A DNA stretch of 64,000 bases from a cyanobacterium endosymbiont of Rhopalodia gibba (GTDB lineage Bacteria; Cyanobacteriota; Cyanobacteriia; Cyanobacteriales; Microcystaceae): NCBI GenBank assembly GCA_045159875.1, contig CP067995.1:1888001-1952000 (forward strand). The letters run 5' to 3'. Of this stretch, positions 35,206 to 46,003 are shown one piece after another. The position numbers and the translations under genes were made by a program. The notes beneath the pieces are model-generated. The model was not told the DNA's origin. It did no database searches and saw nothing but the letters and a program-made list of their open reading frames with translations. Numbering within the stretch: the first letter of the stretch is position 1; each line of letters opens with the position of its first letter.

Positions 35206-36639
35206 ATGTTTAATTGGTTTGACCGTAAAGTTGAAACGCCGGCTAAATCTCAAAAATCAAAACCTATTGAAGAAAAAACTCCTCCTGATTCTTCACGAGC
35301 CCAAAAACCAATCCTAGAACAAACATCCCAGCCAAGTCAAGAGGATTATCTTACCTGGGCTAAGTTCGCTTATAAAAACATTCAACAATGCAAAGAAGAG
35401 TCTCAATCAGAAGAAACTCTAGAAACGTTTGAAACTGAAGCTGATTTACAACAAGAAAAAACTACAAAAATCGAGCCCTCAAAGACTCCTAAACCCTCAA
35501 AACAAGAAGTTAGGAAAGAACCTGCTTCTGTTGAAGAAAGAACCACACCTGCTTGGCTACAAAAATCTGATCGTTTAGAAATCCTTAAGGAAACAGCGAT
35601 AGAGACGGAAAAGGGAGAAGAATCAGAATTAGTCTTGGATGAAGAATTTATCTGGTCAGTCAAAGTTCTTGCGGCTCAAGGCCGTGCACCTAAAGATATT
35701 TCTGCAGAAGAGATCAGCTGGTTAAAAAAACTACGTGAAGGACTTGGTAAAACCCGTCGAGGGTTAGTTAACAAACTTAAAGCGATTGTTGGCCAAGGAC
35801 CCCTTGACCAGGATGCGGTAACAGAAATTGAAGCTCTGTTGCTGCAAGCAGATGTAGGGTTAGAGGCTACTGATTATATCATCGCAAGTTTACAAAGTAG
35901 ACTTCGCGAAGAGACATTACCCCCCGAACAGGCAATTGCCTATCTTAAAGAAATTCTACGCGATATTCTTGATGCTCCCTTAAAACAAATAAAGAATCCA
36001 GGGTTTGCTCCTGAGAAAGATACCCTCAATATTTGGTTAATGACAGGGGTTAATGGTGCTGGTAAAACAACCACTATTGGAAAACTCGCTTATTTATCCC
36101 GACAATCTGGTTATAGCTGTATAATTGCTGCGGCGGATACTTTTCGAGCAGCAGCTGTGGAACAGGTAAAAGTATGGGGACAGAGAAGTAATACTCTAGT
36201 CATCGCCAACCCAGGCAAAAATACTGATCCGGCGGCAGTAGTATTTGATGGCATTGTGGCTGCCCAATCTCGCCAGACAGAACTCTTGTTAGTAGATACA
36301 GCAGGACGGTTACAAAATAAAAAGAATCTAATGGAAGAATTATCTAAAATTAGGCGAATTATTGACAAAAAAGCCCCTAATGCTCAAGTTGAAGCTTTAC
36401 TAGTTCTTGATGCTACTCTAGGACAGAACGGATTACGCCAAGCTGAAGTTTTCTCAAAATCAGCCAACTTAACGGGAGTGGTGTTAACTAAGTTGGATGG
36501 AACTGCTAAAGGTGGGATAGCCTTAGCAGTTTCTCAAAAATTTAATTTACCTATTCGCTTTATCAGTGCGGGAGAAGAAATTGAAGATTTACGTCCTTTT
36601 TCTAGTTACGAATTTGTAGAGGCCTTACTCAATGCCTGA
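35206..36639 (+). CDS. ftsY: Signal recognition particle receptor FtsY
   Basis: Acidic N-terminus; GVNGAGKTTT, DTFRAAA, DTAGR and TKLDGTAKGG motifs. Confidence 0.97.
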   Translation: MFNWFDRKVETPAKSQKSKPIEEKTPPDSSRAQKPILEQTSQPSQEDYLTWAKFAYKNIQQCKEESQSEETLETFETEADLQQEKTTKIEPSKTPKPSKQEVRKEPASVEERTTPAWLQKSDRLEILKETAIETEKGEESELVLDEEFIWSVKVLAAQGRAPKDISAEEISWLKKLREGLGKTRRGLVNKLKAIVGQGPLDQDAVTEIEALLLQADVGLEATDYIIASLQSRLREETLPPEQAIAYLKEILRDILDAPLKQIKNPGFAPEKDTLNIWLMTGVNGAGKTTTIGKLAYLSRQSGYSCIIAAADTFRAAAVEQVKVWGQRSNTLVIANPGKNTDPAAVVFDGIVAAQSRQTELLLVDTAGRLQNKKNLMEELSKIRRIIDKKAPNAQVEALLVLDATLGQNGLRQAEVFSKSANLTGVVLTKLDGTAKGGIALAVSQKFNLPIRFISAGEEIEDLRPFSSYEFVEALLNA

Positions 36640-38359
36640 CATCTCCAAGAATTTTAGTCCTTAGGTAAGCATTGTCCAACTTATTTTTATTGATCGAACT
36701 TTAGTAATTACTCGCAAGTTGATTGTTTGTATAGAATCTACTAATGTGTTAGAGACACAATAACACTAGTAAACTGATACTTTCAACTGTAGCTACACGT
36801 AATATTAAATGTTATTAGTTAAGGTAAGTTGGACTAATGTTACTATCTAAAAATAAGTACTTGTATACGCGTATACAAGATTAATAGTGTTTCTACTTTT
36901 GAGATTTTTTAACAGAGTTATAGATTTGACAAAAGTGCTATATACCGAATTAACAATACAGTAAAAATGATCAAAGAAATTTAAATAATAATAGAATATT
37001 TTTTGTTGTAGTAGTATTATTTTTTATTTGATTCGTAAAGGTATTATTAATAATAAAGCTGATGTAATCTACCAATTTAACTCTGGTTATATTCAGACAA
37101 TTTTATTTTTTAGATATACAACATATAAAAAAATAAGACTTTTTTTACAAGATAAGTTTTATAAACTTTAATTAATAAATTTTTTTTCTGTGTAACATCG
37201 AAAATACTACAGAAATAGTCAACATTAATAGTTCTATCAAACTGGTGATGTTGAATGAAATAGTAAAATCTTAAGTTAAGAAACTTTGGAGTTAAAAATA
37301 GACTAGTTTTTTGAATCTATAAACTTTATTTTTGATCAACTTTAATTTATTATTAATACTTTTTACCGTTCCCTAAGTTGTTCTTTAGTCGAAATAGATA
37401 ATAAATTTTATAATCCAACGTCTAGTGTCTAGACTAATTTTTTTACGATTATTTCGCTACAATAAATAAGTTTTTTGACACAGGTTAGTCAAGTTCAATA
37501 GTCCTAATATTCAATCTTAATTTTTATCAAAGATATTTTTTATTGATATTATCAAGAAAATTTTAATAGAACTAAAATTCTCTTTAGTTTTGTCTATATA
37601 GAACTTTTAATTGAATTATTTTAAAATTATTTCTATCTTTTGTTTACTCATTCTATTTCTTTTTTAAAGCGAATTCACTCTTCTATAAATTTATTTTTAC
37701 GTTGATTAAATCCAATTCAACGACGATTAATTATGAGATGCAAGATTTTTTTTAATTCAAGTAATTTCTTAATAGTTAATTTATGATTATAAAATATCTT
37801 AGATGTAGACTTTTTTAAATGTTTTTTACTGCTGTAAAAATAAATTTTAATTGCAATTAAAAAATAAAAAAATTAATAAGTTTTAAAAAAAATTAAATAT
37901 AATCAATAGTAAACTTTTTTATTAACTGATAAATCTTTTAAGAAATAATCTAACTAATTAAAATTAAGACTAGTAGATCGAGGAATATAAACATAATTCA
38001 AAATAATTTGTTTGAGAGAAAAAATATGTAAAAAAGTTTGGAGTCTCGTTCAAGAAAGATCAACTTCTCCAATAAAGCTACAGGGTTGTAAATAGTCATA
38101 TACTTATATATTTATTAAATTTTTTACGAAAAAACTCTATAGTATTAAGTCCAAAGAGGGGATATAAAATAGTTGAGTTTAGTTAATAAATATTCGATTA
38201 AGAATATAGCTCTATCTAAAAAAAGTCTTATTGATATAAGCGAGTCTCGTCTAGTTTTATATCAATAATAGAAAAATTTATTCATAAATTGCTAGAGGGT
38301 ATTTGCTGGCTTTCTATTCATAATTAAAGCTAATACAAAGATTGTGGATGTTAATAGAC

Positions 38360-38690
38360 AAGCCTTGAGTTAATGAAGATTTTTGAACAGTTGATGAGAT
38401 GGAATAAGTATTACTGAATTGTTGTAATATCTTCAGTTAAATAAAAAAAGAAATTAAGAATCTAACTTATTAGAATTGGCTAAATTTTTAATTTCTTTTT
38501 CTGGGAGGATATATCCGTCAGATTTCGTATCAGACAATAAGTAAAGAAGTTAACATAATTGTAGTTTATTTTGAAAATCGACCTTCCGAAGGAAGTGATA
38601 GAAAATATTAATCAGAAAATTAAATTAATTATAAAGATAAGCTTATGGCTAAATTAACTTCGATAGTCTTAGAAGAAAAGTTTGATCAAA
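38360..38690 (+). mobile_element. Degenerate ISL3-family transposase C-terminal remnant
   Basis: YQTISKEVNIIVVYFENRPS..IENINQKIKLIIK.SYG..NFDSLR resembles the ISL3 'YFxNRTTNGxxEGINNKxKLIKRxxYGxxNF' segment. Confidence 0.55.
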
Positions 38691-38784
38691 CTAGTATTTC
38701 TCCTGTGAACTTATGACACTTAATCTAGAAGAGTTTTATTCATTAATATTTTCTGAGTTCAACCTAAAAATTAGAGTTTAAAAA

Positions 38785-40302
38785 TTAGGGCAACCATTGA
38801 GGACGAAATCCAATTAGAGGTAATTCTTTCAGTTCCACTTGAGTATTCGAAGTATTCTGTATTGGTGGAATCAGTAGCCATAATTGTCCGCCGACAATTG
38901 CTTCTCCTGAATTACTAGTTAATTTATCATTAAAAATGGGATTGTCACTAGTTACAACCTGATCAAATAAAAGAGCTAAACCGTCGGGAGCTAAACTAAT
39001 TTTTATATCCCGATAGTCGGATAAAGTCGCTAAAGGGACCATAGCTCCTTTTTTAAGATCAAACTTTGCAAAATAAGGTTGTTCTTTATATTCTTCAGTA
39101 TTTACCAATTCGGTTAGTAAACAATAAAGAATAGTTCCCTTTAAATTAAACTGACAATCAATGATAGACCCTTCAGTTGTTAGGAGTTCTTTTTGTACCC
39201 CTTGATTGTTCACATAAAAAAGTGATCGCATGTAACGCAAATTAGCATCATCTGTATTAAAGTCTACCATAGCTGCCGCTGAACCATTAGGAGCAAAATT
39301 GAGTAATTGTCCGAATTTTGGCAAAAAATCTAAGGGTTCAGCCTGAGGTTCTAAGGGTAAAATGCCAATTCCTTCTCCCCTAGCTACTGCTAACGTCTGG
39401 CTATCAGGAGTGATGGAAAACTCTCCCCCCGTTACTTTTAAACGTTCTGGTTTATCTCCATATTTCAGCATCCACAGATCAAAATCAGCTGGATTTTTGC
39501 GGTTAATTCGTTGTATTACAATAATTTTCCCATTATCTGATAAATCAAATTGGTTATTTTGATAGTCTTCATTATCAAGTATCAGTTCTATTTTCCCTGG
39601 GTGGTTAGCCGTAGGGTTATCCACCCCATTATCAACTCCTGTTGTCACTTTATACAGTTGTAATTCTCGTAATCCCTCAATTCCTCGCCCTTGAGGTGCA
39701 GCGGAAAACAGGATGTAGTCACCTTGGGGATAAAATTCAAAGTCAATGACAACTAGCTCTCTAGGAGTCAAAATTCTCTTATTCTGTCGGGTTAAATTAT
39801 AAAAAACCAGTCTTCCTTCTTCTTCCCCTTGAGTTCCAATGTAAGCTAAAGCGCGATCACGACTTTGAAACTCTCCCAGAAATGGTTCCATTACTTCCCC
39901 GGGTCGTCCTTGTTGTCTAAATCGTTCCCTGGCCCCAGAAAGATGGATTTGATAGGTTTGTCCGTAGGGTACCGGATTTTTTAAGGTGTAAGCTAGTCGT
40001 CGTCCAGCCCAACTAAATTTACCAGGAACAGGAGGATCAATCACTAAATTCTTTTCAACACTAACAGTATCCATCGGGCGATCAAAGGTTAAAATAAATG
40101 CTCGATCTTTTGCCCCAATTTGCTTATTTTGCCATGTCAAATTTTTGACTCGAGGTCCTTTTCTTAAAAAACATTGACTTCCACAGTTTTTTTCTCCTAT
40201 GACCAACCCTCCAATTACAAACATTAAAGCTGCCATTATAAATAAAGAAATTCTGTCAATAGGTCGCAATACTAACTTATTCATAAGAATATGGTCAAAC
40301 AA
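38785..40302 (-). CDS. Membrane-anchored Ig-like (Big_5-type) domain protein with beta-propeller-like C-terminus
   Basis: N-terminal transmembrane helix; LTFDRPMD..SVEKNLVIDP..PGKFSWAG; third gene of an operon with a permease and a TIGR03943-like gene. Confidence 0.65.
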   Translation of the reverse strand: MFDHILMNKLVLRPIDRISLFIMAALMFVIGGLVIGEKNCGSQCFLRKGPRVKNLTWQNKQIGAKDRAFILTFDRPMDTVSVEKNLVIDPPVPGKFSWAGRRLAYTLKNPVPYGQTYQIHLSGARERFRQQGRPGEVMEPFLGEFQSRDRALAYIGTQGEEEGRLVFYNLTRQNKRILTPRELVVIDFEFYPQGDYILFSAAPQGRGIEGLRELQLYKVTTGVDNGVDNPTANHPGKIELILDNEDYQNNQFDLSDNGKIIVIQRINRKNPADFDLWMLKYGDKPERLKVTGGEFSITPDSQTLAVARGEGIGILPLEPQAEPLDFLPKFGQLLNFAPNGSAAAMVDFNTDDANLRYMRSLFYVNNQGVQKELLTTEGSIIDCQFNLKGTILYCLLTELVNTEEYKEQPYFAKFDLKKGAMVPLATLSDYRDIKISLAPDGLALLFDQVVTSDNPIFNDKLTSNSGEAIVGGQLWLLIPPIQNTSNTQVELKELPLIGFRPQWLP

Positions 40303-40337
40303 CAGTTAATTTCTTTTCAAGAAAGTTGTGTTTCAGT

Positions 40338-41186
40338 TTAATATTCATAAGGAGAATCAGGAGTTGGAATAGTCTTAATAGACGTAGCTTCTAACACCAA
40401 TTGACGTTTTTCAGTAGAGGTTTCTTTCATAGTTTGTGTATCAACTTTCAGAGTTTCTGTCATCATTAGTGCTTCTACTTCTAACCAAGTATCAGGAGGA
40501 TAAGCACTGCGATCACTCTCTAATTTTAAAGGCAACCCTACCGGATAAGCATCTACTGCACAACAAGTAATAATAAAACGACTTAGAAAAATGTAATTGT
40601 TAGGTAGAATAGGGGAGTGAACCACAAATCCTGTGACTTTAGCCTTTTGTCCTTCATAGGCATCAGGTTCGGGATAAGCATTCAAGGTACGTATCCATTC
40701 TATGAGAGATCTTTCCTCTGGTTTTAAAGTAGCTCTAAAAGTTTGGGTTTGGGTTTGAGTGATGGGCAAAGATTCAGAAATTCCCCTTTGTAGTGCCATT
40801 TGACTGTTGAAAATGGTTGGAGGAATCACTAGTCCAGCGATCGCTGTCACAATTAACAAACCACTGCTCCACCCAGGTGGAAATAAAGTAATATGTTGAA
40901 CGGACTCAAAATTTACTAAATTAGTGTTTTTTTTGCGTAAATTATTCATCAATTGCCAGGTTTTGAAACCAGCTAACGCAAAGAGAATAATGCTGGTGAC
41001 AAAAACCAGCCAAAAGTAATTAGGGTGAATCAATAACTTTAACTGACCAGTTACCCAATATTTAAACAATAAAATCGCCCAGGTCAGTAAGGCTAAAACA
41101 TCTAACCCTGGTAGAAGACGTTTCAAGAAAAATTGTAATTTCAAAGAAAAACTCATTATTATAGCTAATATCACCTGATTAGGCAC
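40338..41186 (-). CDS. TIGR03943-like putative permease subunit
   Basis: LLIHPNY, VTGFV and RFIITCCAVDA motifs. Confidence 0.8.
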   Translation of the reverse strand: MPNQVILAIIMSFSLKLQFFLKRLLPGLDVLALLTWAILLFKYWVTGQLKLLIHPNYFWLVFVTSIILFALAGFKTWQLMNNLRKKNTNLVNFESVQHITLFPPGWSSGLLIVTAIAGLVIPPTIFNSQMALQRGISESLPITQTQTQTFRATLKPEERSLIEWIRTLNAYPEPDAYEGQKAKVTGFVVHSPILPNNYIFLSRFIITCCAVDAYPVGLPLKLESDRSAYPPDTWLEVEALMMTETLKVDTQTMKETSTEKRQLVLEATSIKTIPTPDSPYEY

Positions 41187-41196
41187 TGTTTTGATT

Positions 41197-42237
41197 TTAG
41201 AAGAAATAACTATGATGTAAGGCCAAGATAAAGGTTAATTGAGCAATTAAGACAAACAAATAAATCAGCATTCTGGGTTTAAAGATTGAAAGCATCAAGC
41301 CGATCGCTTTAATATCAATCATGGGACCAAAGACCAAAAACGCGAGCAAAGAACTTGTCGTAAAGGTAGACGCAAAGGAAAGGGCAAAAAAGGAATCTAC
41401 TGTTGAACAAATAGACACAATTGCCGCTAAGAGCATCATAGCTATGATAGAGCTAATGGTTCCCTGCCCTAAGTCAAGAATCATCTCACGGGGAACAAAG
41501 ACCTGTAAGCAAGCGGCAATCGAACTCCCTAAAATCAACATTCCTCCTAATTCTCTTAATTCTTGTATGACATTATCTAAAACTAGTTTAAGTCGTTTAG
41601 TTGAGTCTGGAGTTGAGTTTATGGATGAGGCAATGGCTGTTTCTGCCATTGCCTCGATTGACAAGGGTTTTCCTGGTTTATCAAGTAAAAAAGTTCCTGA
41701 CTGCAGTAATGTTAGACTATCTTGACGAAAGCCTTTTTGAGTTGACAAATTCCTTTTACTTGTCTGATCGCGTAATCTAGTGACTCGTTGGGCTAAAAAT
41801 GGTTGCAACAGAGTACGGGGATCTTTTTGGACGCTGAAAACACAACCCATGAACACAGCAATGCTTAAGGAAAATACGATCCTAAAAACAACAATTTCTG
41901 GTTGTGCCCGAAAAGCTACCCAGGTTGACCAAACAACAATAGGATTAATGGTCGGGGCAGCTAATAAAAAACCAATGGCTGCTGAGGTAGGTATCCCCTG
42001 CATCAACAGTCGTCGCGCTACTGGAACGTTTCCACATTCACACACTGGAAACAAAAAACCAATAAAACTGCCGGCTAATGCCCCTAAAAATGGGTTTTTA
42101 GGCAATGCTTCGATTAATTTTCTCTCATCAATCAATAGCAGTAAGCTACTTGATAGTAATACTCCTAATAAAAGAAAGGGAAAAGCTTCTATCAGCAGGC
42201 TAAGAAATAATGTGAAGGCGTTATACAGTTGACTCAT
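41197..42237 (-). CDS. Predicted permease (DUF318/UPF0718 family)
   Basis: PVCECGNVPVARRL, FLLAAPTINP, SICSTVDSF and FLVFGPMIDIK motifs. Confidence 0.85.
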   Translation of the reverse strand: MSQLYNAFTLFLSLLIEAFPFLLLGVLLSSSLLLLIDERKLIEALPKNPFLGALAGSFIGFLFPVCECGNVPVARRLLMQGIPTSAAIGFLLAAPTINPIVVWSTWVAFRAQPEIVVFRIVFSLSIAVFMGCVFSVQKDPRTLLQPFLAQRVTRLRDQTSKRNLSTQKGFRQDSLTLLQSGTFLLDKPGKPLSIEAMAETAIASSINSTPDSTKRLKLVLDNVIQELRELGGMLILGSSIAACLQVFVPREMILDLGQGTISSIIAMMLLAAIVSICSTVDSFFALSFASTFTTSSLLAFLVFGPMIDIKAIGLMLSIFKPRMLIYLFVLIAQLTFILALHHSYFF

Positions 42238-42390
42238 TATCAGTGATTCGAGGATTTCTTTAGGCTTAACTTATCCTAAACCTTAACGGATATGAGCATC
42301 TTGACAAATCCCTTGATTGGTTCATTAGGGAAGCCCGTGCCGCACACATTCATAGTTCAGTGTTGGTAGTATACTAATGCCCTACCTCCC

Positions 42391-43641
42391 CTACTTTGTT
42401 GAGACCGCCCGTAATAGTATAATAGGATTTAAAGGAGAAAACCGAGTTAAATTACCGGCGGAGGCAGAACGAGAAACTTGTAGGTTTAATAGCTGATAAT
42501 CCCAGGATTTTTTCTTAAACCAGTCCACAGCAATAGCTAAGTTTTCTAATGTCGCTAGTGCTATAACTAAGATTCCATCTTCAGCTAACCTATCTTTACA
42601 AACTTCTAAAATTGGAATAATGTTTCCCCCACTTCCTCCCATAAAAATACGATGCGGTTGGGGTAAATTAGCTAGAATATTGGGGGCTTTTCCATAAATG
42701 GGAACAACATTAAAAGCTTTAAGACGCTGGCAGTTTTTTTTAATTAATGCAATTCCGACTGCTGTTTTTTCTAGGGCATAAATTTTGGAATTAGGACATA
42801 ACCTGGCAATTTCAACAGATACAGACCCTGTTCCTGCACCAACATCCCAAACAATTTGTTTATTCTGTAGGGATAATTCTCCCAGAATGCTAATGCGAAT
42901 TTCTCGTTTTGTAATCAATCCTGGTCTATCTTTAAAGGTAGAAAATAAGTAATCCGGCAAGCCAAATAAAGGTAAGTGATTAAAATCAATTTCTAAAAAG
43001 TTATTTAAAGGCTGTTGTAAGGCAACAATAATATTAAGAGAGGCAAATACATCAGGGTTCTTTCCTGATAGTTCCTTGGCAGAAAAAGACTGTATCTTTT
43101 CCGAAGAATCTCCTAAATTTTCACAAACTAAAAATTTATAATCATAAGGCAAATTTAAACTAAGATAAAGACGAGCAATTACTGATGGATTATTATTGTG
43201 ATCTGTTAAGATAGCAATTTTGTTAACTCCTTGTTTAAATAGGGGAATCAAGTTATCTATTTCCCGTCCATGAACGCTAACAATTTTAGTATCTTGCCAG
43301 GGTATTTTTAGGCTATTAAATGCTAATTGTATACTACTTATATGAGGATAGAACGTTAAATCTTTTACTGGAAAATAATCTATTAATAATCGTCCTAACC
43401 CAAAAAAAAATGGGTCTCCACTCACTAAGATAACAATACAATTGTGATTGTCTTTTTCTTTATTAATTTTTTCGATAGTTTCAAGTAAATCCCTCATAAC
43501 TATTATTTGAGCAGGATGCTCAGAAAAGTAGCTTAAGTGCCGTTTACTTCCAACCAATAATGTAGCTTTATTGACAATTTCTTGCACTGGTTTAGTTAGT
43601 CCTATTACTCCGTTTAAACCAATTCCTATGACTTTAATCAT
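42391..43641 (-). CDS. cbiET: Bifunctional cobalt-precorrin-7 C5 / precorrin-6B C15 methyltransferase
   Basis: LVSGDPFFFG, VSVHGR, ITKREIR and WDVGAGTGSVSVE motifs. Confidence 0.92.
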   Translation of the reverse strand: MIKVIGIGLNGVIGLTKPVQEIVNKATLLVGSKRHLSYFSEHPAQIIVMRDLLETIEKINKEKDNHNCIVILVSGDPFFFGLGRLLIDYFPVKDLTFYPHISSIQLAFNSLKIPWQDTKIVSVHGREIDNLIPLFKQGVNKIAILTDHNNNPSVIARLYLSLNLPYDYKFLVCENLGDSSEKIQSFSAKELSGKNPDVFASLNIIVALQQPLNNFLEIDFNHLPLFGLPDYLFSTFKDRPGLITKREIRISILGELSLQNKQIVWDVGAGTGSVSVEIARLCPNSKIYALEKTAVGIALIKKNCQRLKAFNVVPIYGKAPNILANLPQPHRIFMGGSGGNIIPILEVCKDRLAEDGILVIALATLENLAIAVDWFKKKSWDYQLLNLQVSRSASAGNLTRFSPLNPIILLRAVSTK

Positions 43642-43652
43642 AACTATCTTTT

Positions 43653-44291
43653 TTAAAAAAGGTCATCTATTTGTTTATCATTTTGCTGATATGCCAAGAT
43701 CAATAAAGCATTAATAATAGCGGATGCAACTGCTGATCCTCCTTTACGACCTTCAACTCTAATCTGAGGAATGCTGATTTTAGCCAATATTTTTTTTGAG
43801 TGAACTACAGAAACAAAACCAACAGGGCAACCAATAATCAAGGTTGGTTTAACTTTAGAAGTGACTAATTCTTTACATAAAGCTATTAAAGCAGTGGGGG
43901 CATTTCCAATCACATAAATAGCTTGAGGATATTGGTTAAAACAATTTAATAATCCAGTTTCGGTACGAGTTTTTCCAGGTAGGACATTGCTGACTTGTTC
44001 TATAGCAGCAATAATAGGATTTTGAAACGTTTTACCAACTAAAGTGGAAACTCCATGTTTAACCATCGTAACATCGGTTATAATGGTCTCTCCTTGGGAC
44101 AAAGATTTGATGGCTTGAGTAATCGCATCAGGACTAAATTTAAGTAAATCAATAAAATCAAAATCTGCCGTAGAATGGATAACACGACGAGCGATCGCAT
44201 ACTCAAATTTATTAAGAGTATGGTCTCCAATTTCACGATCAATAATCGCAAAACTTTTTTCAACAATTGGATGATTAAATTGTTGGTTCAT
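43653..44291 (-). CDS. cobH: Precorrin-8X / cobalt-precorrin-8 methylmutase
   Basis: SFAIIDREI, RVIHSTADF, IGNAPTAL and GRKGGSAVASAIINAL motifs. Confidence 0.93.
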   Translation of the reverse strand: MNQQFNHPIVEKSFAIIDREIGDHTLNKFEYAIARRVIHSTADFDFIDLLKFSPDAITQAIKSLSQGETIITDVTMVKHGVSTLVGKTFQNPIIAAIEQVSNVLPGKTRTETGLLNCFNQYPQAIYVIGNAPTALIALCKELVTSKVKPTLIIGCPVGFVSVVHSKKILAKISIPQIRVEGRKGGSAVASAIINALLILAYQQNDKQIDDLF

Positions 44292-44679
44292 TATTGATGA
44301 AAACCTCCATCGAAGAATAGAGAATAAGAGATTTATTATAAATTATTTGGTAGTTCTATAGAATATTGCTATTATGGATAGATTGATCGGCTACCAGAAA
44401 AGACTCGGTGAATATCTACAAAAGAAAGAAAAATTCGTTTCCCTGATACTGAAAAAAGTTGGTTAGTAACACGGAAATAGTCGTTCCTATTGTTTATGAA
44501 GAAATAGACTTTTTTCGTCTTCTGTTTTTCGGTGTCTTCTACTCTTGATACCTATGTTGCTATACTCAAAACTGAGCAAGTTTCTATTAATACTGTCACA
44601 ATGTAGATAACTCCTCTATCTGCACCCATGGTGCAACGCCTAAAACTAAAATCAACTAGCTGATGAACAGTAATAGTTT

Positions 44680-45852
44680 TTAACGTTCTTTAAGCCGTAC
44701 CATTGCGTTAAGTCGGTTCATCGCGGTCGATATAATCAAATTAAAAACCAAATAAGTTATCATAACAACCAACAACATTTCTACTGCCCTTCCAGTTTGG
44801 TTGGAAACAGTATTAGCGACAGCATAAAGATCATTGTAACCAATTGCAACCGCTAAACTAGAATTTTTAGCTAAATTGAGAAATTCACTTGTTAATGGCG
44901 GAATCATAACTCGTAATGCTTGGGGGAAAATTACTAAACGCATCATTAAACTTGGGTTAAGCCCTAGTGCTGTAGCTGCTTCCCATTGTCCTTTAGAGAC
45001 TGATTGAATACCGGCTCTAACGATTTCAGCAATAAAGGCCGCCGTATAAATAGTTAATCCCAATAACAATGTAGAAAATTCGGGAGATAAATTTAATCCA
45101 CCTTGAATGAGATTAATGTCACTGTTATATTGAGGCAATTGCCAATCAATGCCAAAGATAAAAGTTAATGAAACAAAGATTAATACCCCCAACAGTAGTC
45201 CTTGATAAGTTCTTTCTTTTTTTGTCAACTGAACTATCATTTGATTCCGTTTACGCCAAACTAATCCAGCTAAAAAACTATTAAAGACAATAAATCCCAG
45301 AGCCAAGAAAGTTTGTAAAGTACCTAAAGGACGAGGAAGATAAATTCCTTGATTAGAGAAGAAAATCAAACCCCAAAAACTACCAGGATCATAAATTTTA
45401 GGGAATTTTAAAAAGACGGCAAAATACCAAAAAAATAATTGTAATAATAAAGGAGTGTTTCGTAAAGTTTCTACGTAAATTGAAGCCATTTTACGGACTA
45501 ACCAATTATCAGAGAGTCTTCCTAGTCCGACAGTAATACCGACAATAAAAGCTAAAACAATTCCACTAATCATTACTCTTAGAGAATTGAGTAATCCTAC
45601 TAAAACTGCCCTACCGTAGGAATCAGTAGAACTATAAGGAATCAAAGAGTCAGAAATACCGAAAGATGCTGTGCGATCAGAATCAATTAAAAAAAACAAT
45701 CCAAAATTCAATCCTAATCGTTTAAAATTGTTAATTAAATTATTACTCAAAGTCAATATAACTAGTCCTAAAATTAGGACAACAAATACCTGAAATAAAA
45801 TTTTCAGGAAACGAGAGTCTTGCCATAGGGGTATTTTTTTTTTGTCAATCAT
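44680..45852 (-). CDS. natG: Polar amino acid ABC transporter permease (NatG/AapQ-like)
   Basis: RNTPLLLQL, EIVRAGIQSVSKGQWEAA and KNSSLAVAIGY motifs. Confidence 0.8.
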   Translation of the reverse strand: MIDKKKIPLWQDSRFLKILFQVFVVLILGLVILTLSNNLINNFKRLGLNFGLFFLIDSDRTASFGISDSLIPYSSTDSYGRAVLVGLLNSLRVMISGIVLAFIVGITVGLGRLSDNWLVRKMASIYVETLRNTPLLLQLFFWYFAVFLKFPKIYDPGSFWGLIFFSNQGIYLPRPLGTLQTFLALGFIVFNSFLAGLVWRKRNQMIVQLTKKERTYQGLLLGVLIFVSLTFIFGIDWQLPQYNSDINLIQGGLNLSPEFSTLLLGLTIYTAAFIAEIVRAGIQSVSKGQWEAATALGLNPSLMMRLVIFPQALRVMIPPLTSEFLNLAKNSSLAVAIGYNDLYAVANTVSNQTGRAVEMLLVVMITYLVFNLIISTAMNRLNAMVRLKER

Positions 45853-46003
45853 TTTAGTTAGTGATTAGTAATTAATAGTGAATAGTTTTAAAGTTACTAA
45901 TAGCTCTCAAGCATAGTACTTCATATTTAGGAAGTTGACAGTAAAACAGCTTCGACATCAGCTATTAAGTATTGATCCTTAACTATTATATGTACACAAC
46001 ACT

